From the NCBI GenBank assembly GCA_963770895.1, contig CAVYRF010000001.1, positions 1,056,001 through 1,120,000 on the forward strand: a stretch of DNA of 64,000 nt, given 5' to 3'. The stretch's first letter is position 1, and each line of letters opens with the position of its first letter. Origin of the DNA: an uncultured Acidobacteriota bacterium. GTDB taxonomy: Bacteria; Acidobacteriota; Thermoanaerobaculia; Multivoradales; UBA5704. The notes under the pieces are model-generated. The model worked only from the letters and a program-made list of their open reading frames with translations. It was not told the DNA's origin and did not search any database. Positions 19,351 to 37,123 of the stretch are shown here, one piece after another. The translations under genes and the position numbers were made by a program.

Positions 19351-19576
19351 CGGGTTGGACATCAACTTCTCTGCATGCTCGAAAAGCCTTCAATCGTCAG
19401 TTGAAGGAAGGCGCGCCTGTCGGGAGAAGACGCGGCGCGGGCAACCGCCGCTGGCTGGCATTTCCCCGGATGCCGGGCACCTGCGCCGCCGTCGCGCCGC
19501 CTGTCGGGAGTGAGCGGCAGGAGGGCTCCGGCGCACATACAGAGGTGATGGCCGGGCAGAAAGCTTGGAGTCAACC

Positions 19577-26016
<6,440 letters not shown>

Positions 26017-26020
<4 letters not shown>

Positions 26021-28041
26021 CCAACGACAAGCAATCCTTCCTGCGCCGCCACGCGGCGCGGCTCGCGGGCTGCGCGATCGTCGCCGTGCTGTACGGCTTC
26101 GCGCGGATGCCGACGCTGGCACCCGCCGAGCGCGCGGTGCTCGCTTCGCGCTTCGCCTTTGAACGCCTGGCGCTGCCGCACCTGCCGGCGGCGCTGGGCG
26201 GGGCGGCGCCGGCGCACACCGTGCGCCAGGTCAACCCCAGCGTCGCCAACATCCAGGCGTGGATCTCCAGCGTCGGCGCCGGCGTCGCGCTCGCCGACGT
26301 CGACGGCGACGGCGTTGCCAACGACCTGTGCTGGGTCGATCCGCGGGTCGATCGGGTGATGGTCGCGCCGGCTCCCGGCACCGGCGACCGCTTCGCGCTG
26401 TTCACCCTCGACCCCGGCTCGCTGCCCTACGACGCGGCGACCATGGCGCCGATGGGCTGCCTGCCCGGCGATTTCAACGAGGATGGGCTGACCGACCTGC
26501 TGGTCTACTACTGGGGGCGCTCGCCGATCCTGTTCCTGCGGCGGGCCGACGTGACGGCCCCCGCGGCCGCGGCGTTCGTGCCCAGCGAGCTGCTTCCCGG
26601 CGGCCCGGAGCCTTGGTACACCAACGCCCTGACCAGCGCCGACGTGGACGGTGACGGCCATCTCGATCTCATCGTCGGCAACTACTTCCAGGAGCGGTCG
26701 CAGCTGCTCGACGCCCACGCGCGGGTGCCGGTCGAGATGCAGCGCACCATGTCCCACGCGCCGAACGGCGGCCGCCACCACCTGCTGCTGTGGCAGGGGG
26801 GGACGGCCGGAGCGCATCCGACCGCCAGCTTCCGGGACGTGCAGGGGGCCTTCGACGAGCAGACCAACCACTCCTGGACTCTGGCGGTGGGCGCCGCCGA
26901 CCTCGACGGCGACGGCCTGCCAGAAATCTACTTTGCCAACGATTTTGGCAACGACCGGCTGCTCTCCAACCGCTCGACTCCCGGCCACCCGCTGCTGGTG
27001 CCGGTGCTGGGCCGGCGCACCCTCGGCACGCCGCAGTCGAAGGTGCTGGGGCACGACTCGTTCAAGGGCATGGGGGTCGATTTTTGCGACCTCAACGGCG
27101 ACGGCATGCCCGACATCTACGTCAGCAACATCGCCCAGGACTGGGCGCTGGAGGAAAACCACTTCGTCTGGGTGAGCAACGGCCACCCCGAACAGCTGCG
27201 CCAGGGGATCGCCCCCTACGCCGACCGCAGCGAACCGCTCGGCCTGGCGCGCAGCGCGTGGTCGTGGGACGCGCGCATGGTGGACTTCGACAACGACGGG
27301 GTGCCGGAGGCGATCCAGGCTTCGGGCTTCGTGCGCGGCCGGGTCGACCGCTGGCCGGAGTTGCAGGAGCTGGCGATGGGCAACGACGACCTGCTGCACC
27401 TGCCGCAATTCTGGCCGCATTTCCGGCCGGGCGACGACCTGAGCGGCCACGCGCACGATCCCTTCTTCGTGCGCGCCGCCTCCGGGCGCTATTTCGACAT
27501 CGCCGCCGATCTGGGGATGGGCGACACCCAGATCAGCCGCGGCATCGCGGTCGGCGACATCGACGGCGACGGCCGGCTGGATTTTGTCGTCGCCAACCAG
27601 TGGGGCGACTCGTACGTGTTCCACAACCTGAGCCCGGCCGTGGGGTCGTTCCTCGGCCTCGACCTGCGGCTGCCGGTGACCGCCGGCGCCGACGGGCCGG
27701 GCGCCCGGCTGGGCCGCCCGGCGGTGGGCGCGGCCGCCACCGTCACCCTGCCCGACGGCCGGCGGCTTTCGGCGCAGGTGGACGGCGGCAGCGGCCACTC
27801 CGGCAAACGCGCGCCGATCCTGCACTTCGGCCTGGGGCGGCTGCCCGCGACGACGCCGTTGCGCGTCACGGTGCGCTGGCGCGCGCCGGGCGGCGCGTTG
27901 CGCAGCCGGACCTGGACCACCACTCCAGGCTGGCACCGGATTCTGCTCGACGATGCCGCCGCCACAGCCGCCGCCGCCGCCGGTAACGCCACCGGCGGCG
28001 ACGCCAACCCGCGGCCGATGCAAGGAGGGAGCCGCTCATGA
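26017..28041 (+). CDS. unbV: Enediyne cassette protein E4 (ASPIC/UnbV, FG-GAP repeats)
   Basis: GTG start overlapping the pksE stop (GTGA); WISSVGAGVALADVDGDG, MAPMGCLPGDFNEDG, SKVLGHDSFKGMGVD, WPELQELAM, QVDGGSGHSGKR..LHFGLG. Confidence 0.9.
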
Positions 28042-28982
28042 GCGATGCCAAGGACCTGCGGCTGGCGGCGCTGCGGCGTTTCGCCTTCGCCATCACGCTG
28101 CTCAACGTGCTGGGTCACACGGTGTTCGGCTTCGAGCAGGCATGGGCCGCGCCGCTGGTGGGTCTCGCCACCGCCTACGCGGTCGAGATCCTGCTGGAAG
28201 TCGTCGCCGCCTGGCAGCAGGGGCGGCAGCCGCGCTTCCTGGCAGGCGGTTTCACCGCCGGCGGCATGGTGGATTTCCTGCTGTCGGCGCACATCACCGG
28301 ACTGGCGGTTTCGATGCTGCTGTACACCGGTGAGCGCATGGCGCCGATCGCCTTCGGCACGGCGGTCGCCATCGCCTCCAAGTACGTCTTCCGCGCGCCG
28401 GCGCCGCGCGGCAACGGCACCGTCCATTTCCTGAACCCCTCCAACTTCGGCATCACCCTGACCCTTTTGGTGTTTTCCTACGTCGGCATCACCCAGCCGT
28501 ACATGTTCACCGAAAAGCTCAACCCCACCGGTGCCTGGATCTTGCCGGTCATCCTGGTGTGCGCCGGCAGCTTCCTCAACGGCCGCTTCACCCACAAGCT
28601 GCCGCTCATCGCCGGCTGGGTCGGCGGCTTCGTGGCACAGGCGATGGTGCGGTGGGCGATCTTCGGCAACCTGCCGCGCGGGTCGCTGATGCCGATGACG
28701 GGAGTGGCGCTGCTGCTGTTCACCTTCTACATGGTCACCGATCCGGCCACGACGCCGGTGCCGGCGCGGCGGCAGGTCGCCTTTGGCGCCAGCGTGGCGG
28801 CGCTCTACGCCGTGCTGCTCGCCTCGCACGTCGTGTTCACGCCGTTCTTTGCCCTGACGGTCGCCTCGACCGCGCGCGGGGCCTGGCTGTGGGTGGCGGC
28901 GCGCCGGCGGGCTGCCGCGGTGGCGGGCGCGACCGATCGTGCCGCCGCGGCGACCTTGCCCGCGGCGCCGCTCGGCGCTTAG
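28038..28982 (+). CDS. unbU: Enediyne cassette membrane protein E5 (UnbU)
   Basis: RLAALRRFAFAITLLNVLGHTVFGFEQ, FLLSAHITGLAVSMLLY, HFLNPSNFGI, FTFYMVTDPATTP; ATGA overlap with unbV. Confidence 0.9.
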   Translation: MSDAKDLRLAALRRFAFAITLLNVLGHTVFGFEQAWAAPLVGLATAYAVEILLEVVAAWQQGRQPRFLAGGFTAGGMVDFLLSAHITGLAVSMLLYTGERMAPIAFGTAVAIASKYVFRAPAPRGNGTVHFLNPSNFGITLTLLVFSYVGITQPYMFTEKLNPTGAWILPVILVCAGSFLNGRFTHKLPLIAGWVGGFVAQAMVRWAIFGNLPRGSLMPMTGVALLLFTFYMVTDPATTPVPARRQVAFGASVAALYAVLLASHVVFTPFFALTVASTARGAWLWVAARRRAAAVAGATDRAAAATLPAAPLGA

Positions 28983-28991
28983 GTCAGGCGC

Positions 28992-29555
28992 CTAAACGAC
29001 GAACGGCACCAACGCCTTGACCCGCCGTTTGTAGTCTGGGTAGGCGGTGGGGAAGTGGCGCTCCATCACCGCCTCCTCCTGGCGCAGCTTGTACCAGAAG
29101 CTGGCGATGCAGATCGCCAGGCCGACCAGGCCGCCGACCCGCCCGAGGTGCATGACGGTGCCCAGGAACATCAGCAGGACGCTGGTGTAGATCGGGTGGC
29201 GCACCCAGCGGTACGGACCGCGCTCGATCAGCTCGTGGTCTTCCTTGAACGTCACCTGCGCGCTCCAGTTGCGGCCCAGGGTGATGCGCGACCAGAGCGC
29301 GCCCAGCAGGCCCACGGTGGCGATCACGGCGGCGGCCAGCTTGACGGCGGGCGTGTGCGGGATCACCTGCACGGCCAGGAAGCGCGACGGCGCGGCGAAA
29401 AGCACGAAGAAGGCGACGCAGAGGAAGAGCAGGTGCCCCGACCGGACCTTCCACGGCTGGCGCTCGGCGGTGCGCTTGACGAACAGCGAAGACACCAGCC
29501 AGTAGACCATGCAGACGATCCAGCAGCCGCTGATCCAGTGCCAGGTGGTGATCAT
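28992..29555 (-). CDS. Isoprenylcysteine carboxylmethyltransferase (Ste14/PEMT) family protein
   Basis: LGRNWS..HELIERGPYRWVRHPIY, EEAVM..FP..YPDY; hydrophobic. Confidence 0.92.
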   Translation of the reverse strand: MITTWHWISGCWIVCMVYWLVSSLFVKRTAERQPWKVRSGHLLFLCVAFFVLFAAPSRFLAVQVIPHTPAVKLAAAVIATVGLLGALWSRITLGRNWSAQVTFKEDHELIERGPYRWVRHPIYTSVLLMFLGTVMHLGRVGGLVGLAICIASFWYKLRQEEAVMERHFPTAYPDYKRRVKALVPFVV

Positions 29556-29689
29556 GGGTCAGGTCCTCTCGGCGGCCGGCGGATGCGCCGGCCCGGGGAG
29601 CGGCCGCCGGGGCGAGCCGCGAGCCGGCACCGGTGCATGGCGCGGCGCCAGGCGCCGCAAGACCGCGCGCAGCCGCGCGGCCCTGGCCT

Positions 29690-30145
29690 TCAGTTGGCGC
29701 CGCTGGCGCCGGCCGTGCCGGCCGAACCGGCAGCGGCGCTCTGCACCGGCGTCCAGCGATGGAAGAACGTGACGATCTCCGCGACGGAGAGCAGGCTGCT
29801 GGCATTGCGGAACTCGCCGTCGCGCTGCGAGGCGACCAGGCTGCCGTCGGGCTCCAGGACGGCCACCGCCGGGATGCCGCTGCCGACGTGCATGCCGTAG
29901 TCGCGCATGATGTCCAGGTTGCGGTCGCGATTGCCGACCGAAACCTGCACCACGACGTAGCCCGGCTCGATGATGGGGACCACCAGCCGGTGGCCCAGCG
30001 CCTTCTCGAAGGCGTGGCAGTCGGGGCACCAGTCGGACCCGAACACCACGGCGACGCGCTTGCCCTCGCGGGCGGCGCGGCCACGTGCGGCGTCGATCTC
30101 GGCGCGCGCATCGGCCGAGGCGGTTGCTGAGGATTTGGTGTCCAT
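29690..30145 (-). CDS. Thioredoxin-family protein
   Basis: VVFGSDWCPDC, GIPAVAVL; ATG at 30145. Confidence 0.88.
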   Translation of the reverse strand: MDTKSSATASADARAEIDAARGRAAREGKRVAVVFGSDWCPDCHAFEKALGHRLVVPIIEPGYVVVQVSVGNRDRNLDIMRDYGMHVGSGIPAVAVLEPDGSLVASQRDGEFRNASSLLSVAEIVTFFHRWTPVQSAAAGSAGTAGASGAN

Positions 30146-30179
30146 GGCGCTATTGTAACGCGCTCGTCGCCAGACGTCC

Positions 30180-31463
30180 TCAAGTGTCGCCGGGAGCGGC
30201 CGTAGTGGTGGGAGCCGCCGGTTCGCCGGGTGCGCCGGCAACGACCGGAGCGCCGGGTGCGGCGGCGGCGCGGTCCAGCTGTTCCATCGCGTAGGCGTAG
30301 GCTCCCAGCGCCACCGCGCGGCTGGTGCCCAGGCGGGACAGGCCGACGCCGGTGCGTTTTTGCGGGTCGTAGGCGACGCGCCGCATGGAGCCGGGGACCG
30401 CCACCGTGGCGGCGCGCCCGGCCAGGAACTGGACGCGCCCGGCGTCGTCTTCCAGGTTGAAGGCGGCCAGCTCCGTGCGCGGCACGCGCGCGCCGGCGGC
30501 GGCGCCCAGGGTGCCGTTGAGCTCCGCCACCAGGGCCGGCAGGAAGTGCGCGGCGGCGGCGGCGAGGCCGCCGCCGACCACCACCAGGCCGTCGAGCAAG
30601 GTGAGCGCGTTGGCGACCGCGTCGCCTGCCACCTGCCCGAGCCGCTGGAAGGCCTGGCGCGCCGCCGCGGCGTCGCCGGGCGCGCTGCCGTTGGCGATGG
30701 CGTCGATCTGGCGCGGGTCGGGCGCCGCGTCCAGGGGGATGCCGGCGGCGCCGGCATAGGCGCGGCGCACGGCGCGCAGGCTGGCGCCCTCCTCGGCGCA
30801 GCAGCCGGCGTCGAGGTGGTTGCGCATCAGCCAGATCTCTCCCGCGGCGCTGTTGTCGCCGCGAAAGACCCTGCCGTCGCTGACGATGCCGCCGCCGAAG
30901 CCGGTGCCCAGGGTGATGCCCAGCAGGTTGCGGTAGCGCTTCGCGCTGCCGGCTTCTTCCAGCAGGCGGTTGACGTGCGGCAGCAGGCCGAACAGCGCCT
31001 CGCCGTAGGTGAACAGGTCGCCGTCGTTGTTGATGTAGACGGGGACGCCGAAGCGGTCCTGGAGCATCGGCCCCAGCGCGACGCCGCCGCGGAACGCCGG
31101 CAGGTTCGGCAGGTCGCCGATGATGCCGGCGGGGTAGTCGGCGGGGCCGGGAAAGGCGAAGCTGATCGCCGCGATCGTGCCGCCGGCGGCGGCGCGCGCC
31201 CGCCCGAAGCCCTCGACGATCTGCTCCAGGCAGGCGGCAAGATCGTCACCCCGGCACGGCACGGTGACCGGCGGCGCCGCCTCGCCCGCGGCGTCCATCG
31301 CGGCGAAGGTGAACGTGGTGCCGCCGGCGTCCAGCGTCAGCACCGTACGCCCGCGCCGTCCAGCGCCAGCGGCGTCGGCGGCGCCAGTATCGCCAGCCGC
31401 GCCAGTATCGCGAGCCGCGCCAGCAGCGCCACCAGCGTCGGCGGGAGCGGCGTCGGCGGTCAT
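30180..31463 (-). CDS. ROK-family sugar kinase
   Basis: LTLDAGGT, AFPGPADY, VYINNDGDLF, ITLGTGFGGG, AAGEIW. Confidence 0.9.
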   Translation of the reverse strand: MTADAAPADAGGAAGAARDTGAAGDTGAADAAGAGRRGRTVLTLDAGGTTFTFAAMDAAGEAAPPVTVPCRGDDLAACLEQIVEGFGRARAAAGGTIAAISFAFPGPADYPAGIIGDLPNLPAFRGGVALGPMLQDRFGVPVYINNDGDLFTYGEALFGLLPHVNRLLEEAGSAKRYRNLLGITLGTGFGGGIVSDGRVFRGDNSAAGEIWLMRNHLDAGCCAEEGASLRAVRRAYAGAAGIPLDAAPDPRQIDAIANGSAPGDAAAARQAFQRLGQVAGDAVANALTLLDGLVVVGGGLAAAAAHFLPALVAELNGTLGAAAGARVPRTELAAFNLEDDAGRVQFLAGRAATVAVPGSMRRVAYDPQKRTGVGLSRLGTSRAVALGAYAYAMEQLDRAAAAPGAPVVAGAPGEPAAPTTTAAPGDT

Positions 31464-32695
31464 GGTTGCGGCTGGAGCGGCCGGCGCTGTGCGGCGAAGG
31501 CCAGGGCGGCCAGGTAGACGAAGGCGGCCAGCGGCACGGCGAAGGCCAACCGCACGCCGCCGCGGTCCGCGAGCTGCCCCATGAGCACCGGCAGCACGGC
31601 GCCGCCGGCGATCGCCATGCACATCAGACCCGACAGGGCGCCGCTGCGCTCGGGACGGCTTTCGACGGTGAGCGCGAAGAGGAGCGGCCAGACGTTGGCG
31701 AAGCCCAGGCCGCAACAGGCGATGCCCAGGATCGCCAGCCCCTGGACCGCGCTGAGGATGAGCACCAGCCCGGCCAGGCCGAGCAGCACCGTCACCAGCA
31801 GGAATCGCCGCGCGCCCATGAAGCTGAGCACCGCCGACCCCGCCAGGCGGCCCACGGCCAGGGCGATGAAGAACATGCCCGGACCTAAGCTGGTCGCGGT
31901 CGAGCTGAGCTGCATGCCGAAGCTGCCGGCGAGCAGGGTCGCGAGCCAGGAGTTCAGCCCCACCTCGGCGCCGACGTAGAGAAAGATCCCCGCGACGGCC
32001 AGCGCCACCGCCGGTTCCGCCAGCAGGGCAAAGCTGCTGGCGATGCCGGCGGGTCGCGCGCCGCCAGCCGCGCCGCCCGCGCGCCGATCGCCGGCAGCGC
32101 CGGCATCGCCTGCAGCCACGGCGGGCGCCGCGGCCGGCGGCGCGGCGCGCAGCGCGAGCATCAGCAGCAGCGTCAGCAGCGTCGCCGCCGCGAACACCGG
32201 GAAGATCCGGTACCACGCAAAGCCGGCGCCGATCACCAGCGTCGTCAGGTAGGGGCCCGAGATCGAGCCCAGGCTCTTGATGAACTGGGCGAACGTGAGG
32301 TTGCGCGCGTAGCGCCCCGGCGCGCTGACGTCGCGCAGGATCGGGTTGCCCGCCACCTGCAGCGCCGCCATGCCGGTGCCGACCAGGAAGATGGCGCCCA
32401 GCAGCAGGCCGAAGCTGGCGATCGTGATGCTGGGAATCAGCTCGCCGGCGAGCACCACGACCAGCGAGCCCACCATCAGGAGCCGCTTGCCGTACCGGTC
32501 GGCGACCACTCCGGCGGGCACCGACACCAGCGCAAAGGCGATGAAGCCGAAGAAGGGGAGCAGCCCGGCCTGCGCGCCCGACAGGTGAAACTCCTTCTCC
32601 GCGAAGCCGACCAGCGTCCCCACCGCGTCGGCAAAGCCCATGACGAAAAAGCCGCAGAAGATGGGCAGGGTGCGCAGGGCGCGCGGATCGTTCAT
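31460..32695 (-). CDS. MFS sugar transporter (FucP-like)
   Basis: FFVMGFAD, LQVAGNP, GIFLYVGAEVG, AIAGGAVLP; ATGA overlaps on both sides. Confidence 0.9.
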   Translation of the reverse strand: MNDPRALRTLPIFCGFFVMGFADAVGTLVGFAEKEFHLSGAQAGLLPFFGFIAFALVSVPAGVVADRYGKRLLMVGSLVVVLAGELIPSITIASFGLLLGAIFLVGTGMAALQVAGNPILRDVSAPGRYARNLTFAQFIKSLGSISGPYLTTLVIGAGFAWYRIFPVFAAATLLTLLLMLALRAAPPAAAPAVAAGDAGAAGDRRAGGAAGGARPAGIASSFALLAEPAVALAVAGIFLYVGAEVGLNSWLATLLAGSFGMQLSSTATSLGPGMFFIALAVGRLAGSAVLSFMGARRFLLVTVLLGLAGLVLILSAVQGLAILGIACCGLGFANVWPLLFALTVESRPERSGALSGLMCMAIAGGAVLPVLMGQLADRGGVRLAFAVPLAAFVYLAALAFAAQRRPLQPQP

Positions 32696-33936
32696 CGCGG
32701 CTGGCTTTGCACGTCCGGCGTGGCGATGTGCTCGGGCCGGAAGCCCAGGCCGACGATGCGCGCGGCGACGCGGCGCAGCAGCGGTGCCAGCAGGGCCAGC
32801 AGCTTGCGGGCGGCCCACGGCACCGGCAGCGCCTGCTTGCCCGACGGATCGCCGAACATGCGCCGGTGGATGAGCACCTGGATCGCCTGCATGCGCCGCA
32901 CCGGCGGCTCGCGCCGCCGCTGGACGCGCTGCAGATCGGATTGCCCCAGCGGCGTGCGCTGGCGCAGGTTGGCGGCAAGCAGGTTGGCGGTCGCCACCGC
33001 GTCCTGGATCGCGTAGTTGATGCCGACGCCGCCGGCGGGAGACATGGCGTGCGCCGCGTCGCCGATGCACAGCAACCCCGGCCGCTGCCAGTGGCGCAGG
33101 CGGTTGACCTGCACCGTCAACAGCTTTACCTGGTCCCAGCTGTCGAGGTCGGCGGTCGCGTCGGCCAGAAACGGCGCCGCCTCGCCGATCCTGGCGTGGA
33201 ACGCCGGCAGCCCCTGGCGCTGCATGTCCGGGAACGCGCCCTTACGGATGATCAGGCCGCACTGGTAGTAGTCGCCGCGCGGGATGGTGACCAGCAGCGT
33301 GCCGCCCTTGATGCGGCCCAGCGACGGCGCCGGCTCGTCGACCTTGGGGGCCAGACGGAACCACAGCACGTCGATGGGGACGCCAAAGTCGACCCGCTGC
33401 AGCCCTGCCCGTTCGCAGACCGTGGAGTGGCGCCCGTCGCACGCCACCACCAGGTCGGCGCGCACCCGCAGCTCGCCCCCCGCCGTCCGCGCCTTCACCC
33501 CCACGACGCGGCCGCCCTCTTCGATCAGGTCCGCCACCTCCGCCTGCATGAGCAGCTGAAACCCGGGATAGCGCCTCGCCTGCTCGGCCAGGAAGTTGAG
33601 CAGGTCCCACTGCGGCATCAGGGCGATGAATTTGCAGAGCGTCGGCAGGCGCGAAAAGTCGGGCCCTTCGATGTCCCGCCCTTCGAACGAAAGGTAGATC
33701 CGGTGCAGCTCCTGGTGCGGCAGGCGCAGAAACGCGTCCAGCAAGCCCAGCTCGTGCATCACCTGCAACGTCGAAGGGTGCACCGTGTCGCCGCGGAAAT
33801 CGCGAAAGAAATCGCCGTGCTTTTCGAGCACCACCACCGGCACCCCCGCCCGCGCCAGCAGCAGCCCCAGCATCATCCCCGCCGGCCCGCCGCCGGCGAT
33901 GCAGCAAGAGGTCTTGATCTCCTGCGGAGTGTCCAT
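32692..33936 (-). CDS. FAD-dependent oxidoreductase/monooxygenase
   Basis: IAGGGPAG, DFFRDFRGDTVHP, ACDGRHS, IGDAAHAMSPAGGVGINYAIQDA. Confidence 0.93.
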   Translation of the reverse strand: MDTPQEIKTSCCIAGGGPAGMMLGLLLARAGVPVVVLEKHGDFFRDFRGDTVHPSTLQVMHELGLLDAFLRLPHQELHRIYLSFEGRDIEGPDFSRLPTLCKFIALMPQWDLLNFLAEQARRYPGFQLLMQAEVADLIEEGGRVVGVKARTAGGELRVRADLVVACDGRHSTVCERAGLQRVDFGVPIDVLWFRLAPKVDEPAPSLGRIKGGTLLVTIPRGDYYQCGLIIRKGAFPDMQRQGLPAFHARIGEAAPFLADATADLDSWDQVKLLTVQVNRLRHWQRPGLLCIGDAAHAMSPAGGVGINYAIQDAVATANLLAANLRQRTPLGQSDLQRVQRRREPPVRRMQAIQVLIHRRMFGDPSGKQALPVPWAARKLLALLAPLLRRVAARIVGLGFRPEHIATPDVQSQPR

Positions 33937-34063
33937 GGTCAGGGAAGTCTAATCCAGATTCCCCGCCTGGCAGGCGCGGCGTCTGCCGTCGCCGGGGCCG
34001 CGGCACTCGACTTCGGCTACTCTGGGAGGGGTGATCCGGAGGCCGGATGAGGGGGTCGGGACC

Positions 34064-35662
34064 ATGGCAAGCGATGAGACCACGGAAAGGGGGGCGGCCG
34101 CGGCGGACGTGGCCGCGGTGGACGCGCCGCCGGTTTCCGCGGCGTCGGGGCGGGCGGTGTTGGCGGCGGCGATCCTGGGCTCGTCGATGTCGTTTCTGGA
34201 CGGCACGGCGGTCAACGTCGCCCTGCCCGCCTTGCAGAGCGGCCTGGGCGCCACGCTCACCGACGTGCAGTGGGTGGTCGAAGCCTATGCGCTGTTTCTG
34301 GCCGCGCTGCTGCTGGTCGGCGGTTCGCTGGGGGACCGCTATGGACGCCGGCGGGTGTTCGTGCTGGGGGTCGTCGTCTTCGCCCTGGCATCGGCGGTGT
34401 GCGGGATGGCCCCCTCCATCGGCTGGTTGATCGCGGCGCGGGCGGTGCAGGGGGTGGGCGCGGCGCTGCTCGTGCCGGAAAGCCTGGCGCTCCTGTCGGC
34501 CAACTTCGAGGGTGCGCGCCGCGGGGCGGCGATCGGCACCTGGTCGGCTTTTTCGGCCGTCACCGCGGCGGTGGGGCCGCTGTGCGGCGGCTGGCTGATC
34601 GACCACCTGTCGTGGCGCTGGGTGTTCTGGCTCAACCTGCCGCTGGCGGTGGTGGTGATCTACCTGTCGCTGCGCCACGTCCCCGAGAGCCGCGATCCCG
34701 CGGCGCCGCACCGGCTGGACCTGGCGGGGACGCTGCTCGCGACGCTCGGCCTGGGCGGCCTGACCTACGGCCTTACCGAGGCGGGCAGCCGCGGCCTGGG
34801 CCAGCCGCTGCTGGTCGCGGCGATGATCCTGGGTGGCCTGGCGCTGGTGGCGTTCGTCGCCGTCGAGGCGCGCCGCGCGGCGCCCATGATGCCGCTGTCG
34901 CTGTTCCGCTCGCGCGCGTTCGCAGGCGCCAACGCATTGACGCTGTTTCTGTATGCCGGGCTGGGCGGGGTGCTGTTCTTTCTCCCCTTCGAGCTGATCC
35001 AGATCCATCACTACCCGGCTACCGCGGCGGGGGCCGCGCTGCTGCCCCTGATCGCCCTCATGTTCCTGCTGTCGCGGTGGACGGGCGGCCTGGTCGCCTG
35101 CCACGGCGCGCGCCTGCTGCTGGTATGCGGGCCGGTGATCGCGGCGATCGGCTGCGCGCTGCTGGCGCTGCCGGGCACCGGCGGCAGCTACTGGACCACC
35201 TTCTTTCCCGCCGTCTCGGTGCTCGGGCTCGGCATGTCGATCAGCGTGGCGCCGCTCACCACGGTGGTGATGAACGCCGTCGAGGTGCGCCACGCCGGCC
35301 TTGCCTCGGGGATCAACAACGCCGTCTCGCGCACCGCCGGCCTGCTCGCCGTGGCGCTGCTCGGCCTGGTCATGGTGGCCGCTTTCACCCGTGAGCGCGA
35401 CCGCAGGCTGGCGCCCTTGAACCTGCCGCCGGCCGTGCGCCAGGCGCTCGATCGCCAGCTGCCCGCGCTCGCGGCAGCCGACATCCCGGCCGGCGTCGGT
35501 CCGGCCCAGAGCGCCGCCCTGCGCGCCGCGCTCGACAATGCTTTCGTTGCCGGCTTCCGCCGGGTCGCCGCCGCCAGCGCCGCCCTGGCGCTCCTGGCCG
35601 CCCTCTGCGCCGCGGCGAGCCTTGGGGAGCGCGCCGCGCCCGGCCGCGCGGGAGGGTCCTGA
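34064..35662 (+). CDS. MFS efflux transporter, DHA2 (14-TM) family
   Basis: [49 protein letters not shown]. Confidence 0.93.
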   Translation: MASDETTERGAAAADVAAVDAPPVSAASGRAVLAAAILGSSMSFLDGTAVNVALPALQSGLGATLTDVQWVVEAYALFLAALLLVGGSLGDRYGRRRVFVLGVVVFALASAVCGMAPSIGWLIAARAVQGVGAALLVPESLALLSANFEGARRGAAIGTWSAFSAVTAAVGPLCGGWLIDHLSWRWVFWLNLPLAVVVIYLSLRHVPESRDPAAPHRLDLAGTLLATLGLGGLTYGLTEAGSRGLGQPLLVAAMILGGLALVAFVAVEARRAAPMMPLSLFRSRAFAGANALTLFLYAGLGGVLFFLPFELIQIHHYPATAAGAALLPLIALMFLLSRWTGGLVACHGARLLLVCGPVIAAIGCALLALPGTGGSYWTTFFPAVSVLGLGMSISVAPLTTVVMNAVEVRHAGLASGINNAVSRTAGLLAVALLGLVMVAAFTRERDRRLAPLNLPPAVRQALDRQLPALAAADIPAGVGPAQSAALRAALDNAFVAGFRRVAAASAALALLAALCAAASLGERAAPGRAGGS

Positions 35663-35719
35663 TACACTCTTTGAACTGCCCAGCAGCCTGCGCTCTTGGT
35701 TGGAGGATGCTCGCGATTG

Positions 35720-37123
35720 ATGGACGGATCGTTTCTAACCTATCGCGCGGGCGAGCTGTGTGTTGAAGGTTTGGCGCTGCCGGCGCTGGCGCAGGGACGC
35801 GAAACTCCCTTCTTCATCCTGAGCGAGCGCCGGCTGCGCGTCGCCTATGCGGGCCTGGCGCGGGCGTTTGCCGCCGCCGGCGTGACGGCGGAGCTGCGCT
35901 ACTGCGCCAAGACCAACTCCGAGGCGGCGGTGCTGGCGATCCTGGCGGGCTGCGGCGCCGGCCTCCTGGCCTGTCACCCGGCGGAGGTCGAGCTGGCGCG
36001 AGCGTGCGGCTTTGCGGGCTCGCGCATCGCCTACCAGAAGCCGGTGCTGACGCCGCGCGAGCTGGACGCCGTGCTCGCCCAGGGCGTCGGCCTGGTGCAC
36101 GTCCACCTGGCCTCCGACGTGGCACTGATCGAGGCGGCCGCGGCGCGCGCCGGCCGGCCGGTGCGCCTGTCGCTGCGCCTGGCGCCGCCGCGGGCGCTGT
36201 CGCCGCTGCGCGCGCTGGGCCGGCGGGTCGGCCTGGACGAAGACCAGGCCGTCGCCATCGCCGCCGCCGTCCGCGGGTCGCGCTGGCTGCAGGTGGTGGG
36301 TGTGAACCTCTACATGGGGACCCAGCAGCGGGCCGCCAGCCTGGAGCGCGCCGCCGGCCAGGGCTTCGCGCTGCTGCGCCGCCTGGCCGCCGCCGGGGTG
36401 GAGCTCGAAGAGGTGAACCTGGGCGGCGGCATCCCCTCGCCCACGCTGTCGCGGCTGTCGCTCGCCCGGCTGGTGCCGCGCCTGCTCGACAGGCCGGCCG
36501 GCGGCCGCTCGCCCGCCGCGCCCGGCCGCGGCATTGGCGGCGCGCCGGGTGCGACGATCCACCCGTTCGCTCTCCGTGTCGCCCAAACCTTTGCCGCTCT
36601 GGGCCGATCCCTGCCGGCGAAGGTCCGCCTGGTGGTCGAGCCGGGGCGTTCGCTGGTCGGCGCGGCCGGCATCCTGGTGACGCGGGTGCGCGCGGTGCGC
36701 GGCCGCTGGCTCTACCTCGACGCCAGCCGCGACTTCCTTCCCGAGTCGCCCTGGCTGCTGACCCGCCCGGTGCTGCCGGCGCTCGAGCCGCGCTCCGCGG
36801 CCCGGCGGTTTGTCCACCTGTCGGGATGCGGCCTGAGCACCCTCGACGTGCTCGACCTGCACCGCCGCCTGCCCAGGGTGGACGCCGGCGAGCTGCTGGT
36901 CCTGGGCGACGCCGGCGCCTATTCCATCTCGCGCGCCGCCCGCTACACCGGGCTGTCGCCGGCGGTGTACCTGCTCGGCGAAGACGGCTCGCTGCTGCTG
37001 GCAAGGCGCGCCGAAACGGTCGCCGACCTGACGGGTCCGATGGCGCCGGCCATGCCGCAGGCTGCCGCCGTGCCTGCCGGCGCCGCCGGCGCCGACGCCC
37101 GGCGCGGAGACCGCCTGGCGTGA
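35720..37123 (+). CDS. Divergent Orn/DAP/Arg-decarboxylase (LysA-like) fold-type III PLP enzyme
   Basis: TPFFI, RYCAKTN (PLP Lys), VNLGGG, VEPGRSLV, DAGAYS. The canonical HIGSQ and CESGD motifs are replaced. Confidence 0.78.
   Translation: MDGSFLTYRAGELCVEGLALPALAQGRETPFFILSERRLRVAYAGLARAFAAAGVTAELRYCAKTNSEAAVLAILAGCGAGLLACHPAEVELARACGFAGSRIAYQKPVLTPRELDAVLAQGVGLVHVHLASDVALIEAAAARAGRPVRLSLRLAPPRALSPLRALGRRVGLDEDQAVAIAAAVRGSRWLQVVGVNLYMGTQQRAASLERAAGQGFALLRRLAAAGVELEEVNLGGGIPSPTLSRLSLARLVPRLLDRPAGGRSPAAPGRGIGGAPGATIHPFALRVAQTFAALGRSLPAKVRLVVEPGRSLVGAAGILVTRVRAVRGRWLYLDASRDFLPESPWLLTRPVLPALEPRSAARRFVHLSGCGLSTLDVLDLHRRLPRVDAGELLVLGDAGAYSISRAARYTGLSPAVYLLGEDGSLLLARRAETVADLTGPMAPAMPQAAAVPAGAAGADARRGDRLA

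Noticed and set aside
35720-37123. Assigning the symbol lysA
   Set aside because: Key substrate-binding motifs are replaced, so the function is not assignable.
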